From a virus (Duplodnaviria; Caudoviricetes): DNA of 64,000 nucleotides. Where the stretch lies: the IMG/VR virus record IMGVR_UViG_3300042013_000103; one strand, written 5' to 3'. The position numbers and the translations under genes were made by a program. The number at the start of each line of letters is the position of its first letter. The stretch's first letter is position 1. Shown here piece after piece: positions 29,712 through 39,433 of the stretch. Below the pieces are notes generated by a model. That model was not told the DNA's origin, did not search any database, and saw only the letters and a program-made list of their open reading frames with translations.

Positions 29712-31055
29712 TTACAGGTAGCTGGTTGGAGTGGTCACGAATGGAAACGTGCTTTGTGGCATGCTCACACCACCAGACGTCACACCCGCGTACGGATTCA
29801 TCGGCTGCTGTGGCATCTGTTGTGGTTGTTGGAACCAGCTCGGTTGTACGAACTGGGGCTGTTGTGGCACTGCCGGCTGCATTGGTTGAAAGAACTGCGG
29901 TTGTTGTGGCTGCGCGAACAGGGTAGGTTGCATGCCCATGTTCGGGTTGTACCCTGGGTTCTGTGCTTGACGCAGACCAGCAAGGGCGTCTTCGATGCTG
30001 ACAGTGCCCGGGGCAGTCGCGGCAGGTTGCACCACGGCATTGCGCGTTGGGTGCGCGACGGTACGTTTCGGTTCCGTCTCCTGCTGGAACATCGCCGTGG
30101 ACTTCATGGCCGTGCCTTTCGGGGCAGCGAGCATTGTCGGCACCGCTTCTGCTTCGGCCGCAGCTTCTTCTTCCGTTTGACGCCCACCTTCGTTACCGCT
30201 CAACGCTGGGATCTCGTTGTAGACATCTTCGAACGTGTCGTAGATGTTGTCGGGGTAAGTGGGGAAGGGCTTCAGCGTGAAGTGCAAAGCTTCGCCGTAC
30301 AGTGCGATGGACTTGTTCAGCTGCTTGGTGACCTTGGCGTAGGCCTTGAGGAACGAAGTGAAGTACGGTGCCACACGGGTGGTCGTACCGGCACTGTATT
30401 CCTCTGGGTCATCGCCGCCGGGTACCACCAGCTGGAACAGCGCCCGCAGCACTTGGCGTTCTTTCTTCGGCACCGGAATGCCGTAGACTTTGCCCGACTC
30501 GTCCAGCAAGTCTTCCAGGATCGGGAAACGGATCACCGTCATCCGAGTAACTTTCTTCCCTTCGTACTTGCCGTCGGCTTTCAGGTACACCACCACCAAG
30601 CGATGGTTTTTGATCGCCGCGGCAATGATCTTGTCGTACAACGCCACGGTGTTTTTGCCCACGCCCGTCAGCTTGCGCAGGAAATCACTGGCGTCAGGAG
30701 GCAGATCTTTGTGGGTGCTTTGGTCCACTGCGATCTTCAGCAGTTCCGTGGTGATGTACTCCACCGCGTACGCGATGTTTGCCCGGGCGAACCGTTGCAT
30801 GTGTTGCAGCACCGGGGACGTCCCCCGGCGAGCCAGACTCTCTGACAGCGGGTGCCAGAAGGTGATGCCCTCTTCGCCGTCGCGGAGGGCTTTGTTGGTC
30901 GGAAGTGCCAGGCGCTGCCCTTCCACTTTGGCGGGCAACAAGGTACCGGTCGGTTGCAGGATACTCAAATTCCCCAACTCGTCCGCTTCGTAGCGCAGGG
31001 CCGGGTGAATTTTCTTATAGGTAGTCAGCAAACTGGATTGCATCTTGTGCTCCAT
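29712..31055 (-). CDS. picA: Probable phage-nucleus protein import factor PicA/Imp1 (phiKZ gp69-like)
   Basis: 447 aa directly downstream of the gp68-like gene, with a folded N-terminal region and a P/Q-rich disordered C-terminus; assignment mainly by synteny. Confidence 0.65.
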   Translation of the reverse strand: MEHKMQSSLLTTYKKIHPALRYEADELGNLSILQPTGTLLPAKVEGQRLALPTNKALRDGEEGITFWHPLSESLARRGTSPVLQHMQRFARANIAYAVEYITTELLKIAVDQSTHKDLPPDASDFLRKLTGVGKNTVALYDKIIAAAIKNHRLVVVYLKADGKYEGKKVTRMTVIRFPILEDLLDESGKVYGIPVPKKERQVLRALFQLVVPGGDDPEEYSAGTTTRVAPYFTSFLKAYAKVTKQLNKSIALYGEALHFTLKPFPTYPDNIYDTFEDVYNEIPALSGNEGGRQTEEEAAAEAEAVPTMLAAPKGTAMKSTAMFQQETEPKRTVAHPTRNAVVQPAATAPGTVSIEDALAGLRQAQNPGYNPNMGMQPTLFAQPQQPQFFQPMQPAVPQQPQFVQPSWFQQPQQMPQQPMNPYAGVTSGGVSMPQSTFPFVTTPTSYL

Positions 31056-32652
31056 TAATTTGAATTGGTGCGGCCACAGGGTGCACGTACGGTGCGTCGA
31101 AGCTGTTGAACACGTTCTGCTGCTTGTTGGTAGGGATCACTTCCCCCACGAGGTACAGCAGGTCGTTCGAGATCAACTGTGGCAATTGCGCGTTACGGGT
31201 GATCACCGGCGAGAACAGGCTGTCGGTGAACGTTGGGACTACGTACCGGATCGGCGAATTGTCGCCGGCCAGTTGGATGTCGATAACCGAATCACCGGCC
31301 AGGTCACAGGACATCGAGATCTGGAACGGCATTTGGTTGCCCCGGGAAATGGAGTTCAAACAGTCGGTCGCCATGCGCCGTTCAAATTCCATCAGGTGTG
31401 GGCGCATGTCGAAACCGGAATCGATCAACGACTTGGTGCCATCCCCGAAGAACTGGAAGGTGTAGTTGTTAGGACCGGTGCCGTTCATCACGGCGAACTT
31501 CACGTGGCGCAGGAAGGTGTCCATCATCAACGACGGAATCACCTGGCCCAACAACGAGGCAGCAATGGACGCTGGGTCAGAACCATGCATGTGGTTGGAG
31601 TGTTCAGCGAAGTTCACGATTCGCTTCGACTGACCGTTGTCCATGGAGAACTTGGTGACTTGGTCCGTGCCCACTTCTGGGAACAGGCGTACCAAATCCT
31701 GCAGCTCAACGTAACCACGTTCCATGTAGTTGGCATGGTCCTTCAGCATCGCCAAGAAACTGTTCTTCTGAATCTCTTGGTTGGCCACCCGAGCGTGCGC
31801 TTCACCCAACAACATCTCTGGGTTCAGTGCGCTGCCGGCCGACAGGTAATCCCCTTCGTTGGCCATGTTGGCTTCTTTCACGGCGTGGGAGTAAGCCCCC
31901 AGCGTGTCAGAAACGAACCGGGTCGGTGCCGTGTCACGGCGGTGGGAATACTTGTACGCACCACCTTCACCCAACATGGCGCTCTGGGTAATGTGCCGAT
32001 CAATCACACCGTCAATCAGCCCGGCTTCGGTAACGCGCTTGGCCACTTCCAGCGTTTGACCGATCGAGAAGATGTCTTCCGGACGGATCAAGTGTGCTGT
32101 AGGGGGCGCGAACATTTGGTTCATGCTCGAACCGATGTCCACAGGCGACACGATCTGGTTGGAACCGGCGATGACCATGTTCCGCACAGGGCCGTTGATG
32201 GTCTGTTGGATGGACTCGTTGATGATGGTTTCAGAGTTGAAGTAGATACGCATCTTCGGGTCGAGGAGACCACCGTACGAGATGTCGCAGTTGTCGGAAC
32301 TGCCGAAGAAGATCCGTTGTGTGGTCACGCCACCCATGAACGGGTTTTGTTCACGCACCTTCATGATGAAACGGAACCGACGCGATTTCCAGCCTTCACC
32401 GGAGATCCCGACTTTACCTTCCACTTGGGCCCGTGGGCAGACGATGTCCGACGCCACGTTCTGTACCGATGCCACACCCAGGTTGGCGCCTTCTTGTGTC
32501 GCGTACTGCAAGCGGCTGATCGTATCTTGGTTGACGTGCACCTCGAATGGACGCAGGTACTGTTCTTGGTACGTGCCGGTTTGCGTGAGGATGAACATCT
32601 CCACACCCAGCATGTTGTTGGTCCGATTCATATTCAGGTTAAAGCTTTGCAT
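31015..32652 (-). CDS. Non-virion RNAP promoter-specificity (sigma-like) subunit (phiKZ gp68-like)
   Basis: 545 aa, QTGTYQEQYLRPF N-terminus, conserved position between gp67-like and gp69-like genes. Confidence 0.7.
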   Translation of the reverse strand: MQSFNLNMNRTNNMLGVEMFILTQTGTYQEQYLRPFEVHVNQDTISRLQYATQEGANLGVASVQNVASDIVCPRAQVEGKVGISGEGWKSRRFRFIMKVREQNPFMGGVTTQRIFFGSSDNCDISYGGLLDPKMRIYFNSETIINESIQQTINGPVRNMVIAGSNQIVSPVDIGSSMNQMFAPPTAHLIRPEDIFSIGQTLEVAKRVTEAGLIDGVIDRHITQSAMLGEGGAYKYSHRRDTAPTRFVSDTLGAYSHAVKEANMANEGDYLSAGSALNPEMLLGEAHARVANQEIQKNSFLAMLKDHANYMERGYVELQDLVRLFPEVGTDQVTKFSMDNGQSKRIVNFAEHSNHMHGSDPASIAASLLGQVIPSLMMDTFLRHVKFAVMNGTGPNNYTFQFFGDGTKSLIDSGFDMRPHLMEFERRMATDCLNSISRGNQMPFQISMSCDLAGDSVIDIQLAGDNSPIRYVVPTFTDSLFSPVITRNAQLPQLISNDLLYLVGEVIPTNKQQNVFNSFDAPYVHPVAAPIQINGAQDAIQFADYL

Positions 32653-32681
32653 GACACAACCTCTTTGTGAAATATTTGGAT

Positions 32682-34265
32682 TCAGCTATTCAGCTTACCG
32701 AGGTGCAACACCAGCTCGGTGATCGTCGCCTTGATGTTGTTCGGCGGAATCAGCACCTTGTTAGCAGTCACTTGGCCCGACTCTTTGAACAGCCGGTCTG
32801 GACCGCCGTACACCCAGTGTGACGCGCGGATGGAGGCGTTGAGATCGTTGATAGCTATGCCCGCCATGTTCATGGGTTCGGCTTGGACCCCATTCTGCTG
32901 CATCCGCTGTTGACGCTCGTGCGGGTACAAGGCTTGCATTTCATCTTTGTACTTGGCCGGGATGCGCGTGGCCATGCGCGGTTGGTTGAGTTGATTGACC
33001 GACATGTGGTCGCCTTGCTGGAACAACCCCACCTGCAAGAATACCGCCAAATCCAAGAACTTCCAATGCCACAGCAATGCTTGGGCTTGGGCCAACAGTT
33101 TGTGCACCGACAGTTTCGGGATGTGGGGGAACGCCCGGGCTGGATACGCTTTGGCCATCACCCACTGCGCTAACAACACTTGGTGAGGGAAAACGTCAGC
33201 GGACTGGGCCATGTTGTTGACTTCGCCCATGCACTCGTGCAGCAGTGCAAAGTCCAAAGTGGGGTCCACTTTGCGCGTCAGTTTCTCCGCGTCGTTGGCG
33301 TCCAAAGTAAACGCCACGATGTCCCCGGGGGAGATTCGCTGCTTGGTCTTGTGGGCTTCGATGAACGAGGTTTTGTCCTCATCGTCCCCACCACCGCCTT
33401 CTGGTCGTTTCTCATTCACCCGGTCAGACGTCGACCGTTCCGTAGGACTCAGGTTACTATCAATGTACCGATAGATGTTGGAGACCATGCTGTGGTGCGT
33501 GGGGTCGTTCAGGGGAATGATGGTCAGACGACGAACCAGCACTTTCGACTGCAGGTGCACTGGGATCTCTACCGAGGACATCCCACGCCACAAGCTGCCG
33601 AGGGTGGTCGGTTCATCTTCCACACAGAAGCGCACGTACGCCGCCAGTTTCTCAAAGACCGTTTCCACTTCCTTCCCGTCGGGGCCGACTTCCCCCACCG
33701 GCCAGTTGGCCATTTCACAGTCGTCAATCAACCCCACGACTTCGTTCTCTTTGTAGAGTTCTTGGTCGCTGCCTTGGTCAATGTACTCCCCCCAGATCGG
33801 CACCAACGGACGTTCGGCCAAGGACACCGCCGCCAAGTTGATGTAGTCATGGCGCAAATACGTTTGCTCCGGTTTGTTGTACCGGGATTCCGACGTGATC
33901 ACCGATTCGATGTCCAGCGGAATGTGGATGTTCCCCACGGTCATCAACCACCGACGGAACGTGTCCATCGGCATGTAGGTGAACATCTCTTTGATGTAGT
34001 GCCGAAGCGTGAGTGCCACCCGCATGGAATCCATGGACATGTCCATGACATCACGGATCTTCACGTAACATTCCCACACGTTTTGCTGTACTTCGGGACC
34101 CATGTATTCCCAGTACGCGTTGATCTCTTCGAAGATGCGATTCGGATCGTTCAGGCGCACTTTACTAAAGGCTTTGCCCGTGGTCCAGACGCGGGTCTGT
34201 GTCCGGTGTTCTGCAGTGACTTCAATGAAACCGGTGCCCTGAAGGCCTGAAACAGATAGCTTCAT
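32682..34265 (-). CDS. Conserved core protein (phiKZ gp67-like)
   Basis: 527 aa; synteny upstream of the gp68-like gene. Confidence 0.65.
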   Translation of the reverse strand: MKLSVSGLQGTGFIEVTAEHRTQTRVWTTGKAFSKVRLNDPNRIFEEINAYWEYMGPEVQQNVWECYVKIRDVMDMSMDSMRVALTLRHYIKEMFTYMPMDTFRRWLMTVGNIHIPLDIESVITSESRYNKPEQTYLRHDYINLAAVSLAERPLVPIWGEYIDQGSDQELYKENEVVGLIDDCEMANWPVGEVGPDGKEVETVFEKLAAYVRFCVEDEPTTLGSLWRGMSSVEIPVHLQSKVLVRRLTIIPLNDPTHHSMVSNIYRYIDSNLSPTERSTSDRVNEKRPEGGGGDDEDKTSFIEAHKTKQRISPGDIVAFTLDANDAEKLTRKVDPTLDFALLHECMGEVNNMAQSADVFPHQVLLAQWVMAKAYPARAFPHIPKLSVHKLLAQAQALLWHWKFLDLAVFLQVGLFQQGDHMSVNQLNQPRMATRIPAKYKDEMQALYPHERQQRMQQNGVQAEPMNMAGIAINDLNASIRASHWVYGGPDRLFKESGQVTANKVLIPPNNIKATITELVLHLGKLNS

Positions 34266-34267
34266 TT

Positions 34268-34801
34268 CTACTTCCCGAGTTTGGTAACGATCTCCGCGAA
34301 CGTGGAATCGCTGCGCAGGTGACGTTCTTGGTCCAGCAACCAGCCGGATTTGGTTTGAATCAGGGTGTCATCGATCGTGTGACCCATGATCCCATAGACC
34401 GTCATGATCTCATCAACGGTTGGCTTGAACCCCAGTGAGCCGAAGTACGTGATCTCATGGACTTGGAAAGAATACCAAACCTTGCCCAGGGATTCCAAGC
34501 CGTACTGGTGCATTACGAATTCAGTACCGGTAGCCACCACACACCAGGTGTTGGTTTTGTCCCGAACCTTTTCGATGGAGGGTGTGCCAAACAAGTGCGT
34601 GTGTTTAACCACATCGACAATGGCGTCTTCGATCTGCTGTGCCCGCGCACGAACAAAGCTGTACACGTGTTTGTTGCAGTCGTCGTTGAACGCGTCCGCT
34701 TCTTCGCTCCAGCGCCGTTCTGGGAACCGGGTGAACACTTCTGTCCGGCATTCCGTGTACAGTGCCAACAATTCATCCGAGCCCATTTGCATTGGTTTCA
34801 T
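34268..34801 (-). CDS. Hypothetical protein with its own early promoter
   Basis: 177 aa, GAGGAG RBS. Confidence 0.65.
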   Translation of the reverse strand: MKPMQMGSDELLALYTECRTEVFTRFPERRWSEEADAFNDDCNKHVYSFVRARAQQIEDAIVDVVKHTHLFGTPSIEKVRDKTNTWCVVATGTEFVMHQYGLESLGKVWYSFQVHEITYFGSLGFKPTVDEIMTVYGIMGHTIDDTLIQTKSGWLLDQERHLRSDSTFAEIVTKLGK

Positions 34802-34843
34802 GGTGTTCTCCTCGTGTGTGAATTCTCAATTGCTATCCCAGTA

Positions 34844-34873
34844 GTAATATAGTCCTGAGTTTTTTTAAGATGC
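34844..34873 (-). promoter_or_regulatory. Phage early promoter
   Basis: GCATC-N14-GACTATATTAC; 29 bp identical to the chimallin promoter. Confidence 0.8.
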
Positions 34874-34944
34874 ACCAGAGGGCAAAAGGGCATAACAGTA
34901 TCTCCTCTATTTCGAGAAAGATACTGTTAGGTTATTATTGGTTA

Positions 34945-35721
34945 TTAGAAGTCGGGAACGTCAGCATCGAAGTTCGCTTTCGGAGCGGAGCTGTAACCAC
35001 CGCCGCCTTGACCGCCACCCTGTGGTTTCCAACCGCCATTGCCGCCACCGTTACCGCCGCCTTGAGGTTTCCAGCCGCCACCGGAGTTACCACCAGCACC
35101 CGCACCGTTGTTCATGTTGTTCGGGTTGGCCACGCCTTTGGCATTCGGATCGAAGCTGTTCACCAGATAGTGGATGACCAGATCGTACGCCGGTTTGGCC
35201 CAGCCTGCTGCGTAGCATTCGGACATCAGTTTCTGCGACGCTTGCGAACCATCACCCAGACGAATGTCGTGGTACTTGGACGGACCGAAGAAGAAGCGAA
35301 TGCGCGGACGGCTCGATTGGCCGGAGATACACGCGATGTAGATACGGCCAGTGGCTTCGTCACGACCCACTTGCAACGTGGTCAATGGCATCACCGAGTC
35401 GAGTTTCTTGCCCGCAACGAAGTCGTCTTGGTAAACGAACTTCATGACCGGATCCAGACCTGGCTCATTGCGCGACAGGCGCTCAATGTAGTTGGTGGCC
35501 GCCGCGAAAGTCGCGAGGTCAGTTTTGAATTCGATCTTGCCGTGCTGTTGGTCGCCATCCACGTTGGTACGCACAGTGATGCGCGGCTGGTTACCGAAGA
35601 CACCGACGCGAAGGGTAGGGCGTTTCTTGCCACCTTCGACGGGATCGGCAAACAACCAACCGTTCATGACCGAGAACATGTTGACGACGGCTGGTGGCAA
35701 TTGCTGTTGCTGTTGGGACAT
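34945..35721 (-). CDS. chmC: Probable ChmC-like nucleic-acid-binding protein with G/N-rich tail
   Basis: Beta-rich N-terminal domain, a G/N/Q-rich tail with GGWKPQGGG twice, acidic-aromatic end FDADVPDF, and position upstream of the gp67-69 block. Confidence 0.55.
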   Translation of the reverse strand: MSQQQQQLPPAVVNMFSVMNGWLFADPVEGGKKRPTLRVGVFGNQPRITVRTNVDGDQQHGKIEFKTDLATFAAATNYIERLSRNEPGLDPVMKFVYQDDFVAGKKLDSVMPLTTLQVGRDEATGRIYIACISGQSSRPRIRFFFGPSKYHDIRLGDGSQASQKLMSECYAAGWAKPAYDLVIHYLVNSFDPNAKGVANPNNMNNGAGAGGNSGGGWKPQGGGNGGGNGGWKPQGGGQGGGGYSSAPKANFDADVPDF

Positions 35722-35803
35722 GGGTGAGACTCCGGAATTAAATTAATGCACTTTGCGCAAAGTGACTAACAGGTTTCAACACGTATCATAAGCCTGATCA
35801 GTA

Positions 35804-36634
35804 TTATCTTCTCAGTTGCTTATAGGCCGCAATGAGCTCTTCGCTTTTGGATGACATGATGTCGTGATGAATCTTGTCTTGTGTGGTCATCCCCGTCCAG
35901 CGCTTGGCTACGGCGAGTTCCTTGAGTTGTTTCTTGACCTTGATCGATTGCGAATCCAACACAACCGAATCCCCAAACACCTGGAGCGTAAAGCTGTTGA
36001 AAGGCATCAAGGTATCTTCCTTAATACCGTTCAGTTTGGTGTACCACTGGTTGAAGGTCTTGAGCTTTCCGGTGTGCGACTCTAACAGCAGCAGTCGAGC
36101 AAACTGGGAGCGCCACAGCAGTTCGGTGGGGAAGTGGGTAATCAGCGCCACGGTCCCATCGGTCTTCGGTGGCAGACGGTCAATCTCCAGCACATCGACC
36201 CCAGACGCTTTAATACGCTGGAACAGTTCGATGCTGCAGAAGCGTTCGTACATATCGTAACCGAGTTGCTTCGGTGTTTTGGCCTGTTTGAAGTTGGCGT
36301 GGGGGAACGCCCACTTGATTGCGTCCTTAGACGCCATGTAGAAGCGCACACGGCATTTGGAGCCATGCTGGGCCAATACGGTACTGAGGGTTTTCACCTC
36401 TTCCTCCAGCACGTCCACAGCACCCACCAGGTCAATCTGCTGGGTGGCCTCGGAAGGCATGGCGGCGTACAGATTTCGGGCCAAGGTGCGGAGATTCACC
36501 CACACCTCCCGAACCGACTTCAAATCAACAGGCTGTCGGATGGGCTCAGGGAGAGTACCCAACAGTCCGGCAAAGGCTAAAGCGGTCCCGATACTAACCG
36601 GGATGTCCCCGACCGTACGTTCGATAATGTCCAT
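35804..36634 (-). CDS. Conserved protein with a possible degenerate 5'-nuclease (FEN/PIN-like) fold
   Basis: VWVNLRTLARNL, ALITHFPTELL and LQVFGDS patterns. Confidence 0.45.
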   Translation of the reverse strand: MDIIERTVGDIPVSIGTALAFAGLLGTLPEPIRQPVDLKSVREVWVNLRTLARNLYAAMPSEATQQIDLVGAVDVLEEEVKTLSTVLAQHGSKCRVRFYMASKDAIKWAFPHANFKQAKTPKQLGYDMYERFCSIELFQRIKASGVDVLEIDRLPPKTDGTVALITHFPTELLWRSQFARLLLLESHTGKLKTFNQWYTKLNGIKEDTLMPFNSFTLQVFGDSVVLDSQSIKVKKQLKELAVAKRWTGMTTQDKIHHDIMSSKSEELIAAYKQLRR

Positions 36635-36646
36635 GGTGGTTGGCCT

Positions 36647-37807
36647 TTAGAGGAATTCATTCAGGCGTTGCAGGCAACGACCTATAGTGGTTGGGTCAGC
36701 AGTTAATTGTTCCAACTCCTTCACCAACAACTGTTCGATGGAATCTTTGGTGATGTCCACGAACTTGGACATGTCGAATTTAGCCAAGGTTTCATTCATG
36801 GTGGATTTCTTCTTCTCCGTCTTCTCCACGATGATCGACCATTCGTACTTGGGGTACTCCATTCGGTAAGTGTCGATGTCCCCGTTGGCCACGTCCAGTG
36901 GATCGCAGCGCAGACGCACCGCAGAGCCCCGTGGGAGGTCTTTGAGCTTCTCCCGGATGGCCACGTTGAGTTCCTTGGTGTCGAGCCCGTGCACGTTCAG
37001 CGTGTCGTAACGCTTGGCCCGTCGGTTCTCCACAAAGATCACATCGGTCTTGCCGCACTCCTGCACGGAGAAGTCAAACATCCCTTTCGGGATTTCATCG
37101 CCGTGGCAGATTCGGTCAAACGACCCCGCCGCGTGGATCTTGCCGCGGATGGTCATGATGTGCACATGGCCAATCAAAATCTGGTACTTGACCAACGCTT
37201 GGTAGGCGGCTTCGTCGTGCGTCGGCTCTTCCACAATGCTCGGCAGCTGGTACCGGAATGCCCCGTGCATTATGGCAAAGTCCACCTGTTCCAACCCACG
37301 TTCCTTCAGCAGTGCCCGGACTTCTTCCAACGTCACGTCGGTCGAGGGGTTATGTTTGTCAGGGACATAAAGGAAGTGGGCATCCAAGCGTTCGTTGTAT
37401 TCGATCGTCAGATGCTTGCTGTAGTACAGGTCCACCGGGATGTTAGCGTTCAGCTTTTGCTCTACAAAGAACCGTGACTGTTCTCGGTCATGGCTGGGGG
37501 TGCCCTCCACGATGCGCAGCATGACATCATAGGCCGCACAGCGAAACATGAACTGCGTGATCCAGCGGTTGATTTGGTGTACCACTTCGTCGCCGTTGTT
37601 GAGCTGTCTATCGAACAGGTCCCCAGCAATGATCACCATGTCCACAACCTTGAGGACCTCGTCAGTGATCAACAGGTCAAGGTTGCGGATGATGCTTGCT
37701 GCCGACGTAAGGCGATGCCCGAGGTGGACATCGCCAAATTCGATATAACGAAAGACTCCAGGCTTTTTCGTTTTATCAGTCTTCATATTCGTCTGTGAAT
37801 GAATCAC
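36647..37807 (-). CDS. sbcD: SbcD/Mre11-like metallophosphoesterase nuclease
   Basis: GDVHLG, AGDLFD, GTPSHD, HGAF and GHVH motifs. Confidence 0.85.
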   Translation of the reverse strand: MIHSQTNMKTDKTKKPGVFRYIEFGDVHLGHRLTSAASIIRNLDLLITDEVLKVVDMVIIAGDLFDRQLNNGDEVVHQINRWITQFMFRCAAYDVMLRIVEGTPSHDREQSRFFVEQKLNANIPVDLYYSKHLTIEYNERLDAHFLYVPDKHNPSTDVTLEEVRALLKERGLEQVDFAIMHGAFRYQLPSIVEEPTHDEAAYQALVKYQILIGHVHIMTIRGKIHAAGSFDRICHGDEIPKGMFDFSVQECGKTDVIFVENRRAKRYDTLNVHGLDTKELNVAIREKLKDLPRGSAVRLRCDPLDVANGDIDTYRMEYPKYEWSIIVEKTEKKKSTMNETLAKFDMSKFVDITKDSIEQLLVKELEQLTADPTTIGRCLQRLNEFL

Positions 37808-38372
37808 TTCCGTTTGCCGGAATGCCCCCTGCCAGATGGTCCTGCGCGACTTTCACCACTTCGTTGCCGGCACTGTCTTCCACAATGAAGTCAGCCCCGT
37901 ACGCTTGTAGGATCGCTCGCAACGGCTTCAACACCGTTTCAGCGTAATCTGGAATCGCCGTGATGGCGTGGAGGTACTCCTGGGTTTTCCCATCGGCGCC
38001 TGTGATGTCCCCCAGTTCGTGGTCCCGTTTAAGGTGGTCCATGAAGTGGTACAACGTCAGGCCGTTTTCGACATTGGGGATCGTGGTGGAAGGGCGCAAT
38101 ACCAAACCCGGCACCGTGTGGACTATCACAGGGTTAGGGCCGTCAGTAACAACGTGCAGTGGGAAGGTCAGCTCCTTCACCACCACTTTCCACTGGCGCA
38201 TGAACTCTTCGCCGTAGGGCTTCTGCAGCAGGGGGATCAGGAACTGACGGAACTTGGATTCACTGATCGTCGGGTAATTTTCATTCACCGTGTTGACGAT
38301 CGCGTCCATGGACTTGTTGATCCCGGAAGTTACCCGTTCCCGACGAATATCATCGTTGTTGGGTGTGGTCAT
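37776..38372 (-). CDS. Conserved hypothetical protein
   Basis: 198 aa with an acidic C-terminus, translationally coupled to neighbours. Confidence 0.6.
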   Translation of the reverse strand: MTTPNNDDIRRERVTSGINKSMDAIVNTVNENYPTISESKFRQFLIPLLQKPYGEEFMRQWKVVVKELTFPLHVVTDGPNPVIVHTVPGLVLRPSTTIPNVENGLTLYHFMDHLKRDHELGDITGADGKTQEYLHAITAIPDYAETVLKPLRAILQAYGADFIVEDSAGNEVVKVAQDHLAGGIPANGSDSFTDEYED

Positions 38373-38914
38373 GCAGCACCGCCTTCGGGCGGCACTTCAC
38401 CACCATCCACGTTATGCGCCTCGGGTTCCGGCAGCGCAGGGTCAGCGGCCAACTCGGTGTAATTGAACAGCACCGCTTTGCGATTGGTGAACAGCTCGGG
38501 GCGTTGGGTGAACCAGTCGACGATGTGGGCCCCGACGTTCTCGACGAACTCTTCGGGGGTAACTGGCAACGACAGTTTGACGCCTTGTTCGGTTAAGGTC
38601 GCCACGAAAGACCCGGCGTTCTCTTTCACGGTGTGACCGTCCACCACTGCCACGGACCAACCCTGTTGTTTCAACGCCTTGTCTTCATGGGCGTGTTCAT
38701 GCGCATGGTCCAAAATACCCAGCACCGACTGCAGCACGTCACGAACGCAGGTGGTTGCCCGGTCCTTGAAGGTTTTCTCGGACGCCATCAGCAGACGGGT
38801 CACGGTCGCCATGGATTTTTCGAGGTTGAAGTTCTTCTCGGTCTGGGTGTTGAGGTTGTTTTCCAGGGTTTCTACGCGTTCCATCAGGGTAGCGTATTGT
38901 GCTTCAGTGATCAT
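38369..38914 (-). CDS. Hypothetical protein with N-terminal coiled coil
   Basis: 181 aa, heptad pattern, AAGGA RBS. Confidence 0.6.
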   Translation of the reverse strand: MITEAQYATLMERVETLENNLNTQTEKNFNLEKSMATVTRLLMASEKTFKDRATTCVRDVLQSVLGILDHAHEHAHEDKALKQQGWSVAVVDGHTVKENAGSFVATLTEQGVKLSLPVTPEEFVENVGAHIVDWFTQRPELFTNRKAVLFNYTELAADPALPEPEAHNVDGGEVPPEGGAA

Positions 38915-38925
38915 AGTAACTTTCC

Positions 38926-39330
38926 TTAACCGTTGTTGATACGTGCAATGTTGAGAACGCGTGACCCGGCGAATTGCACCAGCTGCCCCACGGTGTAACG
39001 TTTGCCTTCGTCCAGCACCACCCCCATGAATTTGATGGAGTACTGGTCGGGTTTGTCCGGGGATTGTTCGATGTTCACCGTGGCCGTGGCGGATTCATCA
39101 AACGTGGCCACCAGCTTATTCTGCAAGGTGGTTCGGAGGACGTCTTCCAGGGAAGGCAGGTCGTTGGCAAACTGCTTGAGCAGGTACTGCAGGGAAACGG
39201 ACTGGTTCCGATGGAGTTCGGAGTCCGAGGTGTTAGCCGTGATAAACGCACCGATGATGTAGTCCGCTTTCTCTTCGACCGTGTTCACCCATCCGTTCAC
39301 GCCGAGTGTCGGTATATGTTTCTGCACCAT
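38926..39330 (-). CDS. Conserved phiKZ-like hypothetical protein
   Basis: 134 aa, IPTLGVNGWV N-terminus. Confidence 0.55.
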   Translation of the reverse strand: MVQKHIPTLGVNGWVNTVEEKADYIIGAFITANTSDSELHRNQSVSLQYLLKQFANDLPSLEDVLRTTLQNKLVATFDESATATVNIEQSPDKPDQYSIKFMGVVLDEGKRYTVGQLVQFAGSRVLNIARINNG

Positions 39331-39433
39331 GGTAAAAACCCACCGAGAGGTAAAAAATAAAGGGTGGCAACGAGACCGAAGTCTCGCGCCTGGTCTACAT
39401 CATTGGGTGGTGTAGTCGATTTATCCCACCGAA

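Noticed and set aside
34990-35110. GC-rich short repeats resembling a repeat array
   Set aside because: They are codon-level repeats of the GGWKPQGGG tail in a protein, not a CRISPR or DNA repeat array.
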